Below, one piece after another: positions 1 through 12,499 of a stretch of DNA of 64,000 nt. The DNA comes from Blasia pusilla. Taxonomy: Eukaryota. The translations under genes were made by a program, and so were the position numbers. The stretch is from positions 16,988,001-17,052,000 of the forward strand of contig CM114271.1 of assembly GCA_050084515.1 (NCBI GenBank). The letters run 5' to 3'. Every line of letters starts with the position of its first letter. The stretch's first letter is position 1. The notes under the pieces were generated by a model. That model saw nothing but the letters and a program-made list of their open reading frames with translations. It had not been told where the DNA came from and made no database searches.

Positions 1-1151
1 CAAAACTATGCCACGTGTCCGTCATTTCAAGAGAGCGGTACTATTTCATGCAAGATTCCCTAATTATTGCGGACCTATATATGATGTGAGAGGCTTACAT
101 TATGATGGATGATGTCATAGTTACAAATCCTACATGCACAAGGGCATGTAAGGGCAGACCTGGTGCCCCAAGGGAGATAGGTACAAGGAGCGGTGACGGA
201 GGCAAGGAAGAAGACTCAACTTTACGGCCGTCTTCACAAATGACATCGTTCCATCCCATAGGCTATTGGGATGTATGGAGCTATGGGCAAGAGGTTTAAA
301 GCTTTTCTTACTAAGAAATGGGCTTTCTTATTAAGCTTGTGGGCTCTTATATTGGAGAAAACGAGTCTCCATCGCTTTGCAAGGCATCCCCAAGCCAATG
401 GGCTTCTACAAAGGGCTCAAGCTATGGGACACGTTATTGCTAGAGGCCCTCTAGTACTCATCTTGTTTTATTAGCTTTCATCGATATTGTCTCTACAATT
501 TGTGAGGTTAGATTTTATAGGACCCCACTTTTTATTCCCCCTACAGCAAGCTCCCATTCTCTAGACTATATGAGTACACATATCTTCTTTTAGGGTTGCA
601 TCCCACAACCGTAGTGTCGCTCAATTACCGGTGCATCGTTGAATCTCCTATGCCCAAAACTTTTAGGCGTAGGAAATGTCCAATTGGAAAACCTGATTCC
701 ACATCGATCTCTACTCTATGATTGGATCGTAAAATGATTTTTTTTCTATCCGTTTGAAAAAATATGGACCGACCATGGGATCCAACCCTTATGCATGGCC
801 TATACTGGAGTAAAGAAAACCTTAATAAAACGCACCTGATAGAAAACCCATCGGGAATACAAAAGAGAAGGATTAAAGAGTTTAGTACTTAGACCGGAAA
901 ATGAAAAAGGGCACTCTCTAATCTATATTATTATGGGAGAGTGTTATCTTGATTTGCAAACACCTATATGTTTGAAACGTAACAACTGGACAACAAGAGA
1001 AAAATTTGAATTTACGTGCAACATCATCCTTTCCCTTCACGGGCTATGTGCATTAACAAAAACTCTTCAAATATTTTTTTATTTCTCACGGACACCTTCT
1101 TCGGCTAAACTCACCAATGCATATACCCACATAGATCCTATATCCTTCTTC

Positions 1152-1233
1152 TCATGTAATCCCGTAAACGCCTTCATGTATTCCCGTAAACGCAAAACCC
1201 GTGCCGGAAGTCCATTCGCATTCCCGCAAACGC
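1152..1233. promoter_or_regulatory. Repeated TCCCGYAAACGC motif (3 copies) upstream of COX6a
   Basis: TCATGTA(A/T)TCCCGTAAACGC at 1152-1171 and 1174-1193; TTCCCGCAAACGC at 1221-1233; 180-260 bp upstream of the ATG. Function inferred from position only. Confidence 0.4.
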
Positions 1234-1316
1234 AAACGTCGTGCGGTGGGCAGATCGGAAGTCGTTTAGGGTTGCGACAGGGGCAATTCGATTCGTTCTC
1301 TCGCACAAGACTCACA

Positions 1317-1360
1317 CAGAGAGATCAGACAGACAGGCAGAGAGAGAGAGAGAGAGAAGG
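1317..1360. repeat. GA-rich microsatellite in COX6a 5' leader
   Basis: (CAGA)n/(GA)n run directly visible. Confidence 0.8.
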
Positions 1361-1412
1361 AGACGATCGATCGATTGTAGGGAGCGATCGGCGAAGGTGC
1401 GAGGAATCCGAG

Positions 1413-4400
1413 ATGGCGCAAGCGTTGAGGCAGAAAGTGAGTTCGTTGCTGCTGCGTCGATCAGGCGTGGCGCAATCGCAGCAGGCGTGCAAGAGGACGT
1501 TCTCTGCCTCCTCATCAGCGCACGAAGATGCAGGTCAGTGAATGAATGGCGTCCGTGTCCTCGCGAGAATGCCCAGTTTTTAGGAAGCGGAGGGTGAATT
1601 GCGAGCATTGATTTGATCGTATGATTCGGCGATGGTAAGGATCTGGTATGCGCCACAGATCTCCACTCCGCTCGCGTCTAGTTCGTCCCGAATTCCCGTC
1701 TGTTGTGTGTCAGCCCGCATGCCAATCCTCAGGGGGCGATGTAGCTTTCGTGAGGATTTCCATCGAGGTTAGCTAACCTCGATGGAAATTCAACTCCCTC
1801 TTCCCTCAGCCGCGCCTTGGAATTCAACTCTCCAATGCTCTCATCCGCGTCCTCTACGAGCTGGTTTCCAGATTTCTCAAGTGGACTGTATGATGACTGC
1901 GCCCGCACTCCAAATTATGGTGGAATGGTTTAAGAAGTGGATGGCTAACCTGGGGGTTAGCGCCAGGGGGTGGGGCTACGAAGGAAATATTCACCGAATT
2001 CGCACAAGAATTATTTAAATGAGACTAGAAATAACCTGCCCAATCACTGGCTCTTCAGAATTCGAGAATCAAAGACGTTATGATTTAGCACCGATCCAGA
2101 AGAATTTACCCTGTATATCCTCGATTATCAGCACTTTGCAACCCCTGCCACTGTATTTTTCGTCCTATCCAACAGGTGAACTTGGCCGTCTCTATCAACT
2201 AACATGCTCATCAGTGTGAATAGGAATTTACTAGCAACTTGGCAAAAATGGCCGGATGTGCTGGACCGTGGCCTTTCCGTATGTTATGAGGTTTCTTAAT
2301 GACAGCTGCACTTAATTGTGAAATTCCCAAACGGTCATTAATGTGATTTAAGGTTACTTTCATTAAACCCATGATTCAGAGTTACTTAGTCTGTCTTTCC
2401 TGTGGCCAAGTTGTGTAAGTTTAGACTCGTTGTCATGCGATTCAGGCTCATTGCGTGTTGACTAAGTACTAACTTGTAGAATCAAGTGAAGTTCTGACCT
2501 GCGGGTTTCTTCAATGTTTGTCTACTTGTTATGGGAGAAGGTTAGTTAATTGTTACGAGCTCTTAGCGTACTGATGTGCAACGTCTTCACAAGCAATTTG
2601 GTACCCTGCACAAGATGGGTCACTTTGGTCTCTATAACTAAAGGTGCAAGCAAAGAGACTTGACCCCTGGTGGCTGGAGTGGTGGGAAAGCCCCTGGTGG
2701 CTGGACTGCTATCAGGAAACCTTTATTCCAGATTGTGAACTTTCTAAATTACTGGGCATAATCCTAGTTCAGGAATTGCCCACTCAGGATGTTGGGCCCT
2801 CAGATTCGGTTTGGAAAGTTGGAAAGTTGGAAAGTTGGAAAGTTGAAACACTCTACCAAAATAATAAAAGATGTTTTTGGGATCTCATGAATTGTGCAAT
2901 AGGAATCTGTTAGTAGTGTTTTTCATCTTTACGGTCAGCTGTCTCTACCCCTCTGAGGGGAAAGATGCGGAGGGTGGCGGAGAAGATGTACCTGAATACA
3001 ATCAGTGGAGTTCTGGTGAACGGCCAGCAGAGTAGGACAATTGCAATCAAGCAGGGATGGCCCAAGGATACCCGCTCTCCCCCATCCTCTTCAACATTTT
3101 TGTCAATTCCCTATTGGAGGAAATGGAGGACAATGGACTAGGCATCCGGGTGGGCAACAGCTCTGTTGTTGCCCTCATATTGGTTGATGACGTTGGTGGA
3201 TTAGAGGAAACGAGAGACTGTACTCATAAGTAGTGCCGGTGGTAGCCTTGCGACCACAGACCCAGACGGGATTAGAGGAAACGGGAGACTGTACTCATTA
3301 AGTAGTGTCTGTTGTAGCCTTGCGACCATAGATCCCGCGCCCTGGAAACGGTAGAGAAACTCCACGAGATGATCTCCCTGACCAAAATCTGGTGTGACAT
3401 GTGGGGCATGGAGGCAAATGTACTGAAGTGCAGTGTGATGATCTTCAATAGCAGGGAGGAGGACCAAGACCAACACTGGTACAGGGGCAAACAAGAGATC
3501 CCCCGTGTGCCCACATACACCTATCTGGGCATTGAATTCTCAGAAGACTGCATGTGGGATGCCCACATTAAGAAGATTACGGAAAAAGGTCAAAAGAAGG
3601 TGAACAGGCTGTCGAGATTCCTACACTGCCGGGACATCAGATCAGAAGCAAAGCGCTATGTCATTTTGCACAGCATTTGCCCCTCACTGGAATCTGGCAC
3701 AGCAGTGTGGATGCCAACACCAAACAAAGGGACAGGCTTGAAGCCATGTAGCTGAAGGCATTTCGGGGGTATGATGTCAGCTTCCTCACAAGCGGCCAGA
3801 GTTGGCGTGATGTCAGAACTTGGAGTGGAACCCCTGGAGGATAGACGTGGCATCGCCAAGTTGAAATGGCGGAGGCAGTTGGAGACAATGGACTCTCATT
3901 GCTATCCTAAAGAGGTGATGGAGAAAACTTGGACCCAAAGAAGACCTGTAAAGCAGGCCAAATCTTAGACGAAAAGGTTCAAGAGATTGTGCAATCGACC
4001 AAGCTCCCTGCAGGGCCTGAACTGTGGGAGCAAGATGAGGAACCATCTGTGGATACCATAACCAAAGCAGTGGGCAAATGCTCACTGCAGAACAGCACGG
4101 AGGAAGCCATGAAAATGTCTGAACCCTCTCTCTTGACGGTATATCCTGATCAGGTAGAACTGAAGAACTACTTGCAGGGAACCCCTTGCTTGGGGACCTG
4201 GCTTAAGTTCAAGTTTAGGACGTGAGCAATCCCCTTGAACCATAAGAAAAGCAAGATGGGAACACAACTAAACTCTTGCAACTTGTATGATGATGGGGAT
4301 GAAACCTCTAGTCACTACTTGTTCTCCTGCACAAAATTCATAACACACAGAGCAAGAGCATATGCTGATATTGCTAAGCTGGTAACACCAGAACTGTTCA

Positions 4401-5638
4401 ACACATTTAGTAGTCTAGATTCACTGCCCAAAGCTGCAGCACTGGTAAGTAGTGTTTATTGAGGTCCCCAATCAGGTAAAGTGGATGGTGTGGTGAAGAG
4501 CTTCCTGGTTGACACTTGGAAGCTCAGCACCACGTTGTATGGTCAGCACTCACTCTATATGAGAGTGTCTCCCTCCTCTGATATGGTACCAGCTCTCTCT
4601 CCTCTCGTATGGTACCTCCTCTCTTCACTTCTTCCTCTCTCTACACCCATCCCAGTCTCAAGCACCGTCCAACCAGGGGGCAGGGTCTATGGTCACCAGG
4701 CTACGACAGGCACTATTTAATGAGTACAACCTCTCAGCAAACAGCTAGATTCCAAACCCACTCCTCCCTGGTTCTTGGTTTCCTCCTTCACCAATGGTGA
4801 TCACAATCTGATTTCTACACAGAACTGTTGAACTCTTATGACACATTACAGACACAACCAATTCAGTTGAGAGGTCGCTAACGCACACGCAACGCAATTT
4901 TTGGTTTCCAGAGGAGACAGTGAAATGGCGGAACATCACCATTGCTGGATATGTCTTATGCACTGCCCTGACAGCATACAATTTCATCGGTGTCGAGCAC
5001 GAGCACCATGAAGAGAGACCGGTAATGATCGCCTGTAGAAAGTTCAAGTTTGGCATGCTTGAGTTGCTTTGTGTATCATATACCCACAATGTCCCTAAGT
5101 CCTAAGTCTACTTTAGGATTAGAACTTCTCCCTGTCTGCAAGTTTAGATTTAGGAGGAACCAAAAATAGATGCTTTTAATCAAAGTTTCCTTTTTCATTG
5201 GGCAAGATTTTAAGGACTGCACTCAATATCAAACTAGGGACCTGCAAAGTGATAATTTGAGAGGGGAGGTACAATTAAGGTTTGGAATAAGTGATGAGTC
5301 CAATATCAACCCAATGATGGGATGGTTTGAATTGGATTGAAATTAGCCCACCTTCTGATGGGTGTCATCCTCATTCAGCTTGAATATGGTCTAGAGACAT
5401 CCAGTGCCTGATGATTAAAACGCAGGTTTTCATTCTGTGCTTTGCAGGCATATACATACTTGCACATTCGGAACAAGGAGTTTCCTTGGGGTACGCTTTT
5501 ATCATATTGGACCAATCTCTGACAAAGACAGAACTATATGCAATTAGCCGTCATATTTCTAAAGCGTGGAAAACATTAATTAATGATCAATGTTGCACAA
5601 ATGCAGGTCCAGATGGTCTATTTGAGTACCATGAGTAG
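1413..5638 (+). CDS. COX6A: Cytochrome c oxidase subunit 6a, mitochondrial; join(1413..1533,4912..5021,5448..5490,5607..5638), 101 aa
   Basis: All three introns are GT..AG and the exons join in frame (306 nt): MAQALRQKVSSLLLRRSGVAQSQQACKRTFSASSSAHEDAEETVKWRNITIAGYVLCTALTAYNFIGVEHEHHEERPAYTYLHIRNKEFPWGPDGLFEYHE*. Basic/Ser-rich targeting peptide, KW followed by a single TM segment, and the YLHIRNKEFPWGPDGLFE signature of COX6a. Confidence 0.95.
2955..4728 (+). mobile_element. 5'-truncated, degenerate non-LTR retrotransposon (LINE ORF2: RT + C-terminal CCHC-type finger) in COX6a intron 1
   Basis: RGKMRRVAEKMY..VLVNGQQS..KQG/AQGYPLSPILFNIF (2956-3100), LILVDD (DD at 3186-3191), YTYLGIEF..WDAHI (ORF 3369), KFKFRT, SCNLYDDGDETSSHYLFSC (decayed zinc finger, ORF 4235). 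ORF ends GGRVYGHQATTGTI* at 4720. Multiple stops/frameshifts. Clade not assigned. Confidence 0.9.
3218..3343 (-). mobile_element. Two short antisense copies (3218-3268, 3289-3343) of the LINE family 3' terminus nested in the LINE RT
   Basis: Reverse complement (GATCTATGGTCGCAAGGCTACAACAGACACTACTTAATGAGTACA) matches 4683-4728 (GGGTCTATGGTCACCAGGCTACGACAGGCACTATTTAATGAGTACA). Flanked by duplicated RT sequence at 3198-3217, 3269-3288 and 3344-3355. Confidence 0.85.
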
Positions 5639-8600
5639 GCTACAAGAACGCAATGAGTGGTGCTGGCTGCACACAGAAAGACCGGTGAACACAGTGGACT
5701 TCTGGACATGATGATGTGAAATAATCGGAAATGGGTGTGCACTTTCATGTAGATTTCGTAGGTTGCAAACAAGGGTCCTCCCTTTAGATGGTCATGTGTT
5801 GATGTCCCCAGCTTTTGATGTGAAGCTTATTGCTACTACTAAATTATTCTTGAGTGAATAAGAGTTTCAGTGTCATCTTCCAGATCAACAGTGAATTCTT
5901 GTTGTCTGAAAGTGAACTTTGAATTCCTAAATAAAGTAAAAGCATATGGATAGGGAGTCAGGGGGGTAGGGTCATGTCCATGGCTCTATATGTTTAAAGG
6001 TCTGCATACCTTGGTCTCCCAAGGACATGTCTGCGATAGGATTCCTCAATGGTCATATCTCCAAACTTATCTTGCTTCTGTATGCCATGTGCTTTCAGCC
6101 ACGTTGTCTTACATCTCCTCCTGAATTTTGTGTTATAATTTTGATGCCAGCAAGAATCCCTCTGTACTGACATATCTTGCTTTGCTGCTTGGGACCTGGA
6201 ACTGAATGTCTGACTGGTATATCATGGTGATAGGTTTCATATGTGCCTCTTCTCTGGTGACTACAAACATAGATGTGGACCTCTTAAATAATATTGTTTC
6301 TGTAATCCCCTTGGTGATTCTAAAATGATCGTGCTTTGGTTGGGTCTAGCACTTGTTGTCAGCTGAACGGCCAGCCGATGCCCAGCTTGCTTGTTTGATG
6401 AATGTAGTGTGAGACTGATCCAGGGTTTGGTTTTGCTCCCCTTACGAAACGGAGTCTTGGCGCCATCAGTTCAAAGGATTCATATCTGCAGGCCTTCATA
6501 AAGAGCTAGGATAAAGCCAGAAGGCCAAGATCACAAGGGAGAGTTGACATTAAGATTCTCTTCAAAGGGCTTGTTCTTTGGGGTCTATTTATCTATCCAT
6601 TTTAAGTGTCTAAGCTGTACAAGAGGCAACTTTCTTTTCCCTTTTTTCATTGACTTCTCTAATATTAAAACAGGAAGAATGTGTTGCATTCAACAAGATA
6701 TGTATGGATTGGGAAAATGAAGTAGTAAGAAGTAACATAGTGTAAACCACATTCCCATTCTTCAACTCAAGGGTTGGTGTGGTGTGGTGTGGTGCAACTA
6801 TGTGGGTAAATTGGGATGAATGTGAGTTCCACAATACTTAATTTGTGTATTAAGTGAAGTACAAAAGATTAAAACCTTATGCTATAGGTGATGTGTGAGG
6901 CACATGGGGAACTCTAGGGGTGGATATACTTCCCATCTAAAGCTCTCAAGACCCTTCCTATGTTCCCACATCCGTCCTCTATATTAGATGCTACTTACAA
7001 TAATGGGTTAATCCTCAAAAAGAATATGCAAAGCTTATTTGAATCCAAATTTGCAAGCAGGTGGGGAACCTACGTTGATGATATTCATGGGACGTCACAT
7101 CGATGTAGATTAGACATGAGATAGAAGTCAATTATTACTTAATTAGACTCGTCATAATTATGCCTTCTCTAAAATCTTTATGGTTGGTAAATATGGCTTA
7201 GAGTGGAAAAATGTTGATCAATAGTTGAACGATAGTAATTCTAACTATTCATTTGAGATTTAATAGCAAGGGCAAATATTTCTCTTTTCTCATCTTGGTT
7301 TTGGAAGTTCTAGCATTGGATATCTTCAATTTTATACTAAAAGGTAAATACTTACATAGTAAAAAAGCATGTGTGATAATAAAGGATATAGATCATGGAG
7401 TCCTAGCCTTCACAATACTTCCTTTGGATGGAAATTTCTTTATTCATGGAAATCACCTATAATCGAATAACAAGAGCTCATGAGTAAACTTAATATTGGA
7501 TATATGAGAGTCCCTACACATCCAAAACTTGTGACAAAGGACATGTTACGCTAGACACTAGATTATCTACATATGATGAATAACTCCATCATATGAAAAC
7601 ACAAGACAAGACAAGTTGAAGACTATGAGAAGATTACCAAGTACCTGTCCTTGGAGCCTTTCAACCTATTTCAAGAATTTAGTGTAGGATTGTTCATTGT
7701 CCAATAGTTTACGTGAAGTGCAATAGAACCAATATACCTCCATGAAGCCAATCAAAAATTGCATCAACTTTTTTTTGGGTATGCTTAATGATGAGGAAAT
7801 ATACCTACGATTATCTACGTCACATGGAAAGGAAGTGAACACTTGTCATACATCAATCATAAACATTAATGCCATATTAAATATGTAGTATTTTGTGTGT
7901 AGGAATTTAAACCTTGTTATAATGGAGTTTCTGTTCTTTTCTATTGTGAACGTTTGTTGTTTTGTGTAACGGTTGGAAGAGTCAAACGTTTCCCTACTCT
8001 ATCCACAAGGCCTTCAATGGATTCACATACTGTCAAAAGAGGAGAATTGCATGGGGGTTTATACAGCATCGCATTTTTTTCCCTTCGGATAGAATATCCT
8101 ATAATTTTATTCTTATCTTTTCTTTCCAACCATGTCCTAATAGGGTTGCTCAAAATTTCCTTACGTCCAATTTCATAAACTAAGAAAAAATTGCCATAAG
8201 AACCACAAGTAAATTTTATATTTGCACTTTTACAAATTTATGAAAAATTATACATTTGGAAAGAGGATAAAACATAGATTTCCTCTTTCTATTTTTTCAA
8301 ATAATCATTTTAACCCTCACATGATACCTCCATATGCACCTTGTGTAGGGATACAGTTTTTCGTTGTAACCCTGTCTTGTGATGTTTGTCGCTACCAAAG
8401 TCATCCTAGTATATTTTGAATTTATAGCATATCCTACGTGATATAGTCAAACTCTTTATAAGACTGTCATAGTTTTCCCAACTAGGCTACATATCATTTC
8501 AAGTATCCAAAATATCATTATATATTATGTCAACCTTACAACCTTATAATTGTGTAAAGTTTATCAACTTTGCATAATTTTCTCCATTTAAACCCAAAGT

Positions 8601-9364
8601 TTGAATTTAAAATATTCTACTTGAATTTAACCAATGTGTAGATTTTATGGTTTTACATTTGGGGATCATGTTCCACATGAGATGCACCATGGGAGTCAAT
8701 CTTTTCTTTGGTTTTTCTTTCTTTCTTTCTTTATAAATCTAAAATGTATGTATTTTGTTACATATTCATATATAACTTTATGGTGATGATTTATGGTGGT
8801 CTTCTATTTATATCATTTGATTAGCTTACAATCTTGATTTTATATAGAAAAACTCTTCTATTTTATATCGGTTCATCCACTACTACAAAAAAATACCTTG
8901 ATTGTGGTTGCTTGCCGCTCTTGAGAGATACAAAGCAATAGTTGACAATATATGGATAACTATAATTCATCGATATTGTGTGGTTGTTAATGTTTGTTTT
9001 TGCACATACACAATAACAACCAAAATTTTCCTTGACTATTGAAACAAAGTGCTATAAAAAATGGAATTTTGCAATTTTTCAAAAAAAAAACTCACTTTTT
9101 GGATCTTTTTTTCTCGTTTCTTAGGGAGGCCGAATTAAATAGCACGCCCCTTGAAAAGTTGGATTTCATCTTAGCATAGTATAAATGAGACACAATCTTT
9201 AAAATAGTGGAAGACGTTTAACAAACCCTGAATTCTAAATTTAAGATTGTCGTGCACATATGCGTATATTCGTCTATGGTTAACTATGTTTGTATGTATT
9301 GCATTCTTATCCTTGAGCATATTACTAGCTACATTGATATGGGCTACGTGGATACTTAGGTAGT

Positions 9365-9667
9365 CATGGTTGCACAAAAATAGAAAAGTTTTTTTCTTGG
9401 ACGGACAAGTCAGGACATGTCCACAGATATGGATTGCAAGAGGTAGGATCCACACTTACAGTTCATGATGGAAGGCAGAGCAAGGGCGAGTGGGGAAATA
9501 AAGGGAAAGGGAGTGAAGATGGAGAAAGAAAGAAACATGAGGGTATGGAACACAAAGGCAAGTGAGGGATATAAGGAGAAAAGTGGAAGATGAGGCCCAT
9601 ATGGACAAGTCCTTCCATAGGATGGACGTAAGTCCACGGACATGGATTTTGTCCACATGCAATCTTG
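9365..9667 (+). mobile_element. hAT-type MITE, copy 1
   Basis: TIRs CATGGTTGCA / TGCAATCTTG; 8-bp TSD TAGGTAGT / TAGGTAGC; internal homology to 39015-39322. Confidence 0.85.
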
Positions 9668-12253
9668 TAGGTAGCACTAGCTATCAATATTTCATCCTCC
9701 CATGTCATTAAGTGCACAAGGCACTATTGGCAATAGCGGACAATTCTCTACAACTCAAGCTCAATCCCATGGGGGATGTGCTCGCGCTCATATCTTGGTA
9801 ACCAAGACACGAGCGCACACTTACACATAAAAAAATTCTACTTGCAAAATGCTTCTTTCAACCATTTTTCACTATCTTGTCCAAAATGGCGAGTGTTGTG
9901 AATAGTGATTAAAATAAATTATGCTTTAGGAGGTTAGCTTTCCAACCATGTGCTACCTATACTACCCACCTCTTGATATTCGATCTTAAGAATCTTATAC
10001 CATGAAGGTATGTCATATTTGGGATATGGAGTCATGTGTACCTTAAGCCATTCAACTCGCTCCTCAAGGACCCTTGGTATGTGTCTACTCCACCAAGTGT
10101 CTTGATCTCATGGTGATCTTATGACGTTTATCATAGGTAAATTGCGCAACAAAGTTCCGTAGACATGCCTCCAAAAAAAAGAGTCTGATTCGAAACTCAT
10201 TTCGGATGGCTCATTCTTGTACTATTATTATACTTGGCTCAGGGATAATGGTGGTATGTGTTGTCGTCTTGTCCATTTAGCAATATATGATCACAAGTAG
10301 GCTATATAGGCATATCCCCTAGATCTCAGCCCAAAACATGAAACATGCATTTGATCCATTAGGATAGCATATAAGAGAAATCATAGAATGCATGAAAAAT
10401 GAGGATATGGTAAATGTAAGTATTTATGGCAAGATCAACTCTTACATGGGTTAGATCATAATAAAAACAATTGATACCTTTACGATAGGTCATGGTAGGG
10501 AGGATTTTATGACTGGATTTATAATTTGGGATAAAAATTTTAATAGCTTGGGAGAAACACTCACAAAAAATTTAAAAGGGGAAAAAATTATCTCATCAAG
10601 AATTAACATCAATTAAAACTTAACCCTATTTTGCGTTTGGCTTATCTTGGTTCAATAGCTTGAGAATAGTTTAGGAAATGGTAAGGATTTGTTGGAGTTG
10701 CACAAACTTAACATCCAACATTGGATGAGCAACGCGATCAATTGAAGGGCTAGCTTAGGATCCATTATAAGATTCTTGGAAGGTATTTCATATTGGAATG
10801 GACTACAACTATCTTCACCCAAACAAGAACCTTGCAAGATGAGTGACTCCATGGATCTTGAAACCCCACAACCCAATCCAACCAAGTTTCTAGCTTGGTC
10901 AAGAATAAAAATAGAATGCTCTTTCCATGAATTAACTTTCTTGGAAAAAATATTTAGTTTATTAAGAGCAACGAAGTTTGTGTTAGCTCATCATGTTGAA
11001 CACCATAAGTATGAAATTTGTCCTAGGTTTCATACAATTTTTTTCACTAAATGTGATCATAAAAAAAATTTCCAATAAGTTCTCCAATCAGATTTTCATC
11101 ATTAAGATTGGGAAAAAATCAAAGTATATTTTCTTCTCCAAAATGTCTCAAAAAAATGCAAACATCGTTGGAAATAGTCATCCATTCTTTGTCTAAAAAT
11201 ATTTGTTGAAACTAGTTTACTAATGTCTCTTGATAATTTTCCGTTCAGATTTTTGTCTCATCAAATGGTTCTAGAATACCTCCCATAAACTTTCACTACC
11301 TAGTTTCCGCTTACGAAATTGTTTTCTAGAATTTTTCCTTGATTTTCTACCTGTTTTTTTAATTGGGATTTTCTCAAAGATTTCCCAACCTCTTTGGCAT
11401 CTTTGAAACTTTCCCATGAATTTTTTTTCTGTTTTCCTGCGAGAAATTCATCACTTTTTATTTATTTATTTTTTAGATTTTGTAAATTTTTGTGTCTTTT
11501 CTTCTACACCCACAGCTCTTTCCATCCATTTTCTTATTTTAGCATTTTTATTTTATGTTCTCCATATCCCAAATTTCCGCATTTGATTGCTAGGAAAATA
11601 ATTCTTATGCCGGAAAAATATTGCAATGAATACATGGGTATTGTACCCAAGTCATCTCTACAATCATTTCGAGTTTATGCAAAATCAAGATTCGGCTCCA
11701 TTTTTGTATTTGGCTCTCAAACGTTTTAGTCAATGATCTAAGAAGTATCTAGAAAGTACCTTGAAGAATCACCGATCCCACAGGTTTTGGATGAGAGACT
11801 TGGGAAAACCCAAAAAAAAATCGATTCATAAGTGAGCATTATGATCCGCTATGGAATTTGGGGGTTTCCTAGTTTGAAAAGTAACAAAAGTTGATATTCA
11901 AAATCCCAAGGCATGAGTCTTCTTCAAGACAAGATTCCGTATGATATCCAACTTGTTAGGTCTTGGAGACCCAACCCAAAACTACAACCTAATAATGATT
12001 CAAAATGAAATACTCCTAAGGGACAAGCAAAGAGAATTCTAGAATAATTGAATGTGCTTTCGGGGATATTTTGCAATTTTTCCAAATAAATGATCATGCA
12101 AACATTTTCATCATGAAAAAATACCACCTATTAATATACTAAGACTTGAATGATTGATGAAATTAATAATTTTTTAAGTGAAATTTTAAATATTAATTTA
12201 GGAAGAAAATCCAAATGATTTGGATAAAATATCCCATATGTCATTTCATTTAG

Positions 12254-12499
12254 AAATGGATGAATGGCATAAAATCAATCATTCTAAACACGGATGACAT
12301 GTCTATGAAGAAAGAAAATAATGAGCAGCGATATCTAAAGATAAATAAATATTGATAAATTTATGTTTTTGAGTTATATGGATGAATTGCATAAATAAAT
12401 AATTTTAAACACGATGACATGTCTCCGTAGAAAGAAAATGATATCTAAAGATAAATAAATAAATACACTTTGATCAATTTATCTTTTTGAGTTAAATGG
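12254..12499. repeat. Degenerate tandem duplication, ~123 bp unit
   Basis: ATGGATGAAT..TAAACACG(G)ATGACATGTCT..GATATCTAAAGATAAATAAATA..TTTTTGAGTTA occurs twice in tandem. Confidence 0.75.

Noticed and set aside
1-750. LTR-like sequence at window start (similar-looking tracts near 9800-12100, 28100-28700, 40700-41350)
   Set aside because: No paired LTR, PBS/PPT or TSD could be verified by eye.
933-1412. N-terminal part of the 202-aa ORF 933-1541
   Set aside because: Runs through promoter and GA microsatellite; only the part from ATG 1413 matches COX6a.
3218-3343. Hammerhead ribozyme / Penelope-like repeat (TTAATGAG resembles CTGATGAG)
   Set aside because: No CTGANGA core and no correctly placed GAAA and stems on that strand.
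3198-3355. Repeat-spacer pattern resembling a mini CRISPR array
   Set aside because: The 'spacers' are homologous to each other and to the LINE 3' end; eukaryotic context, no cas genes. Explained as TSDs plus inserts.
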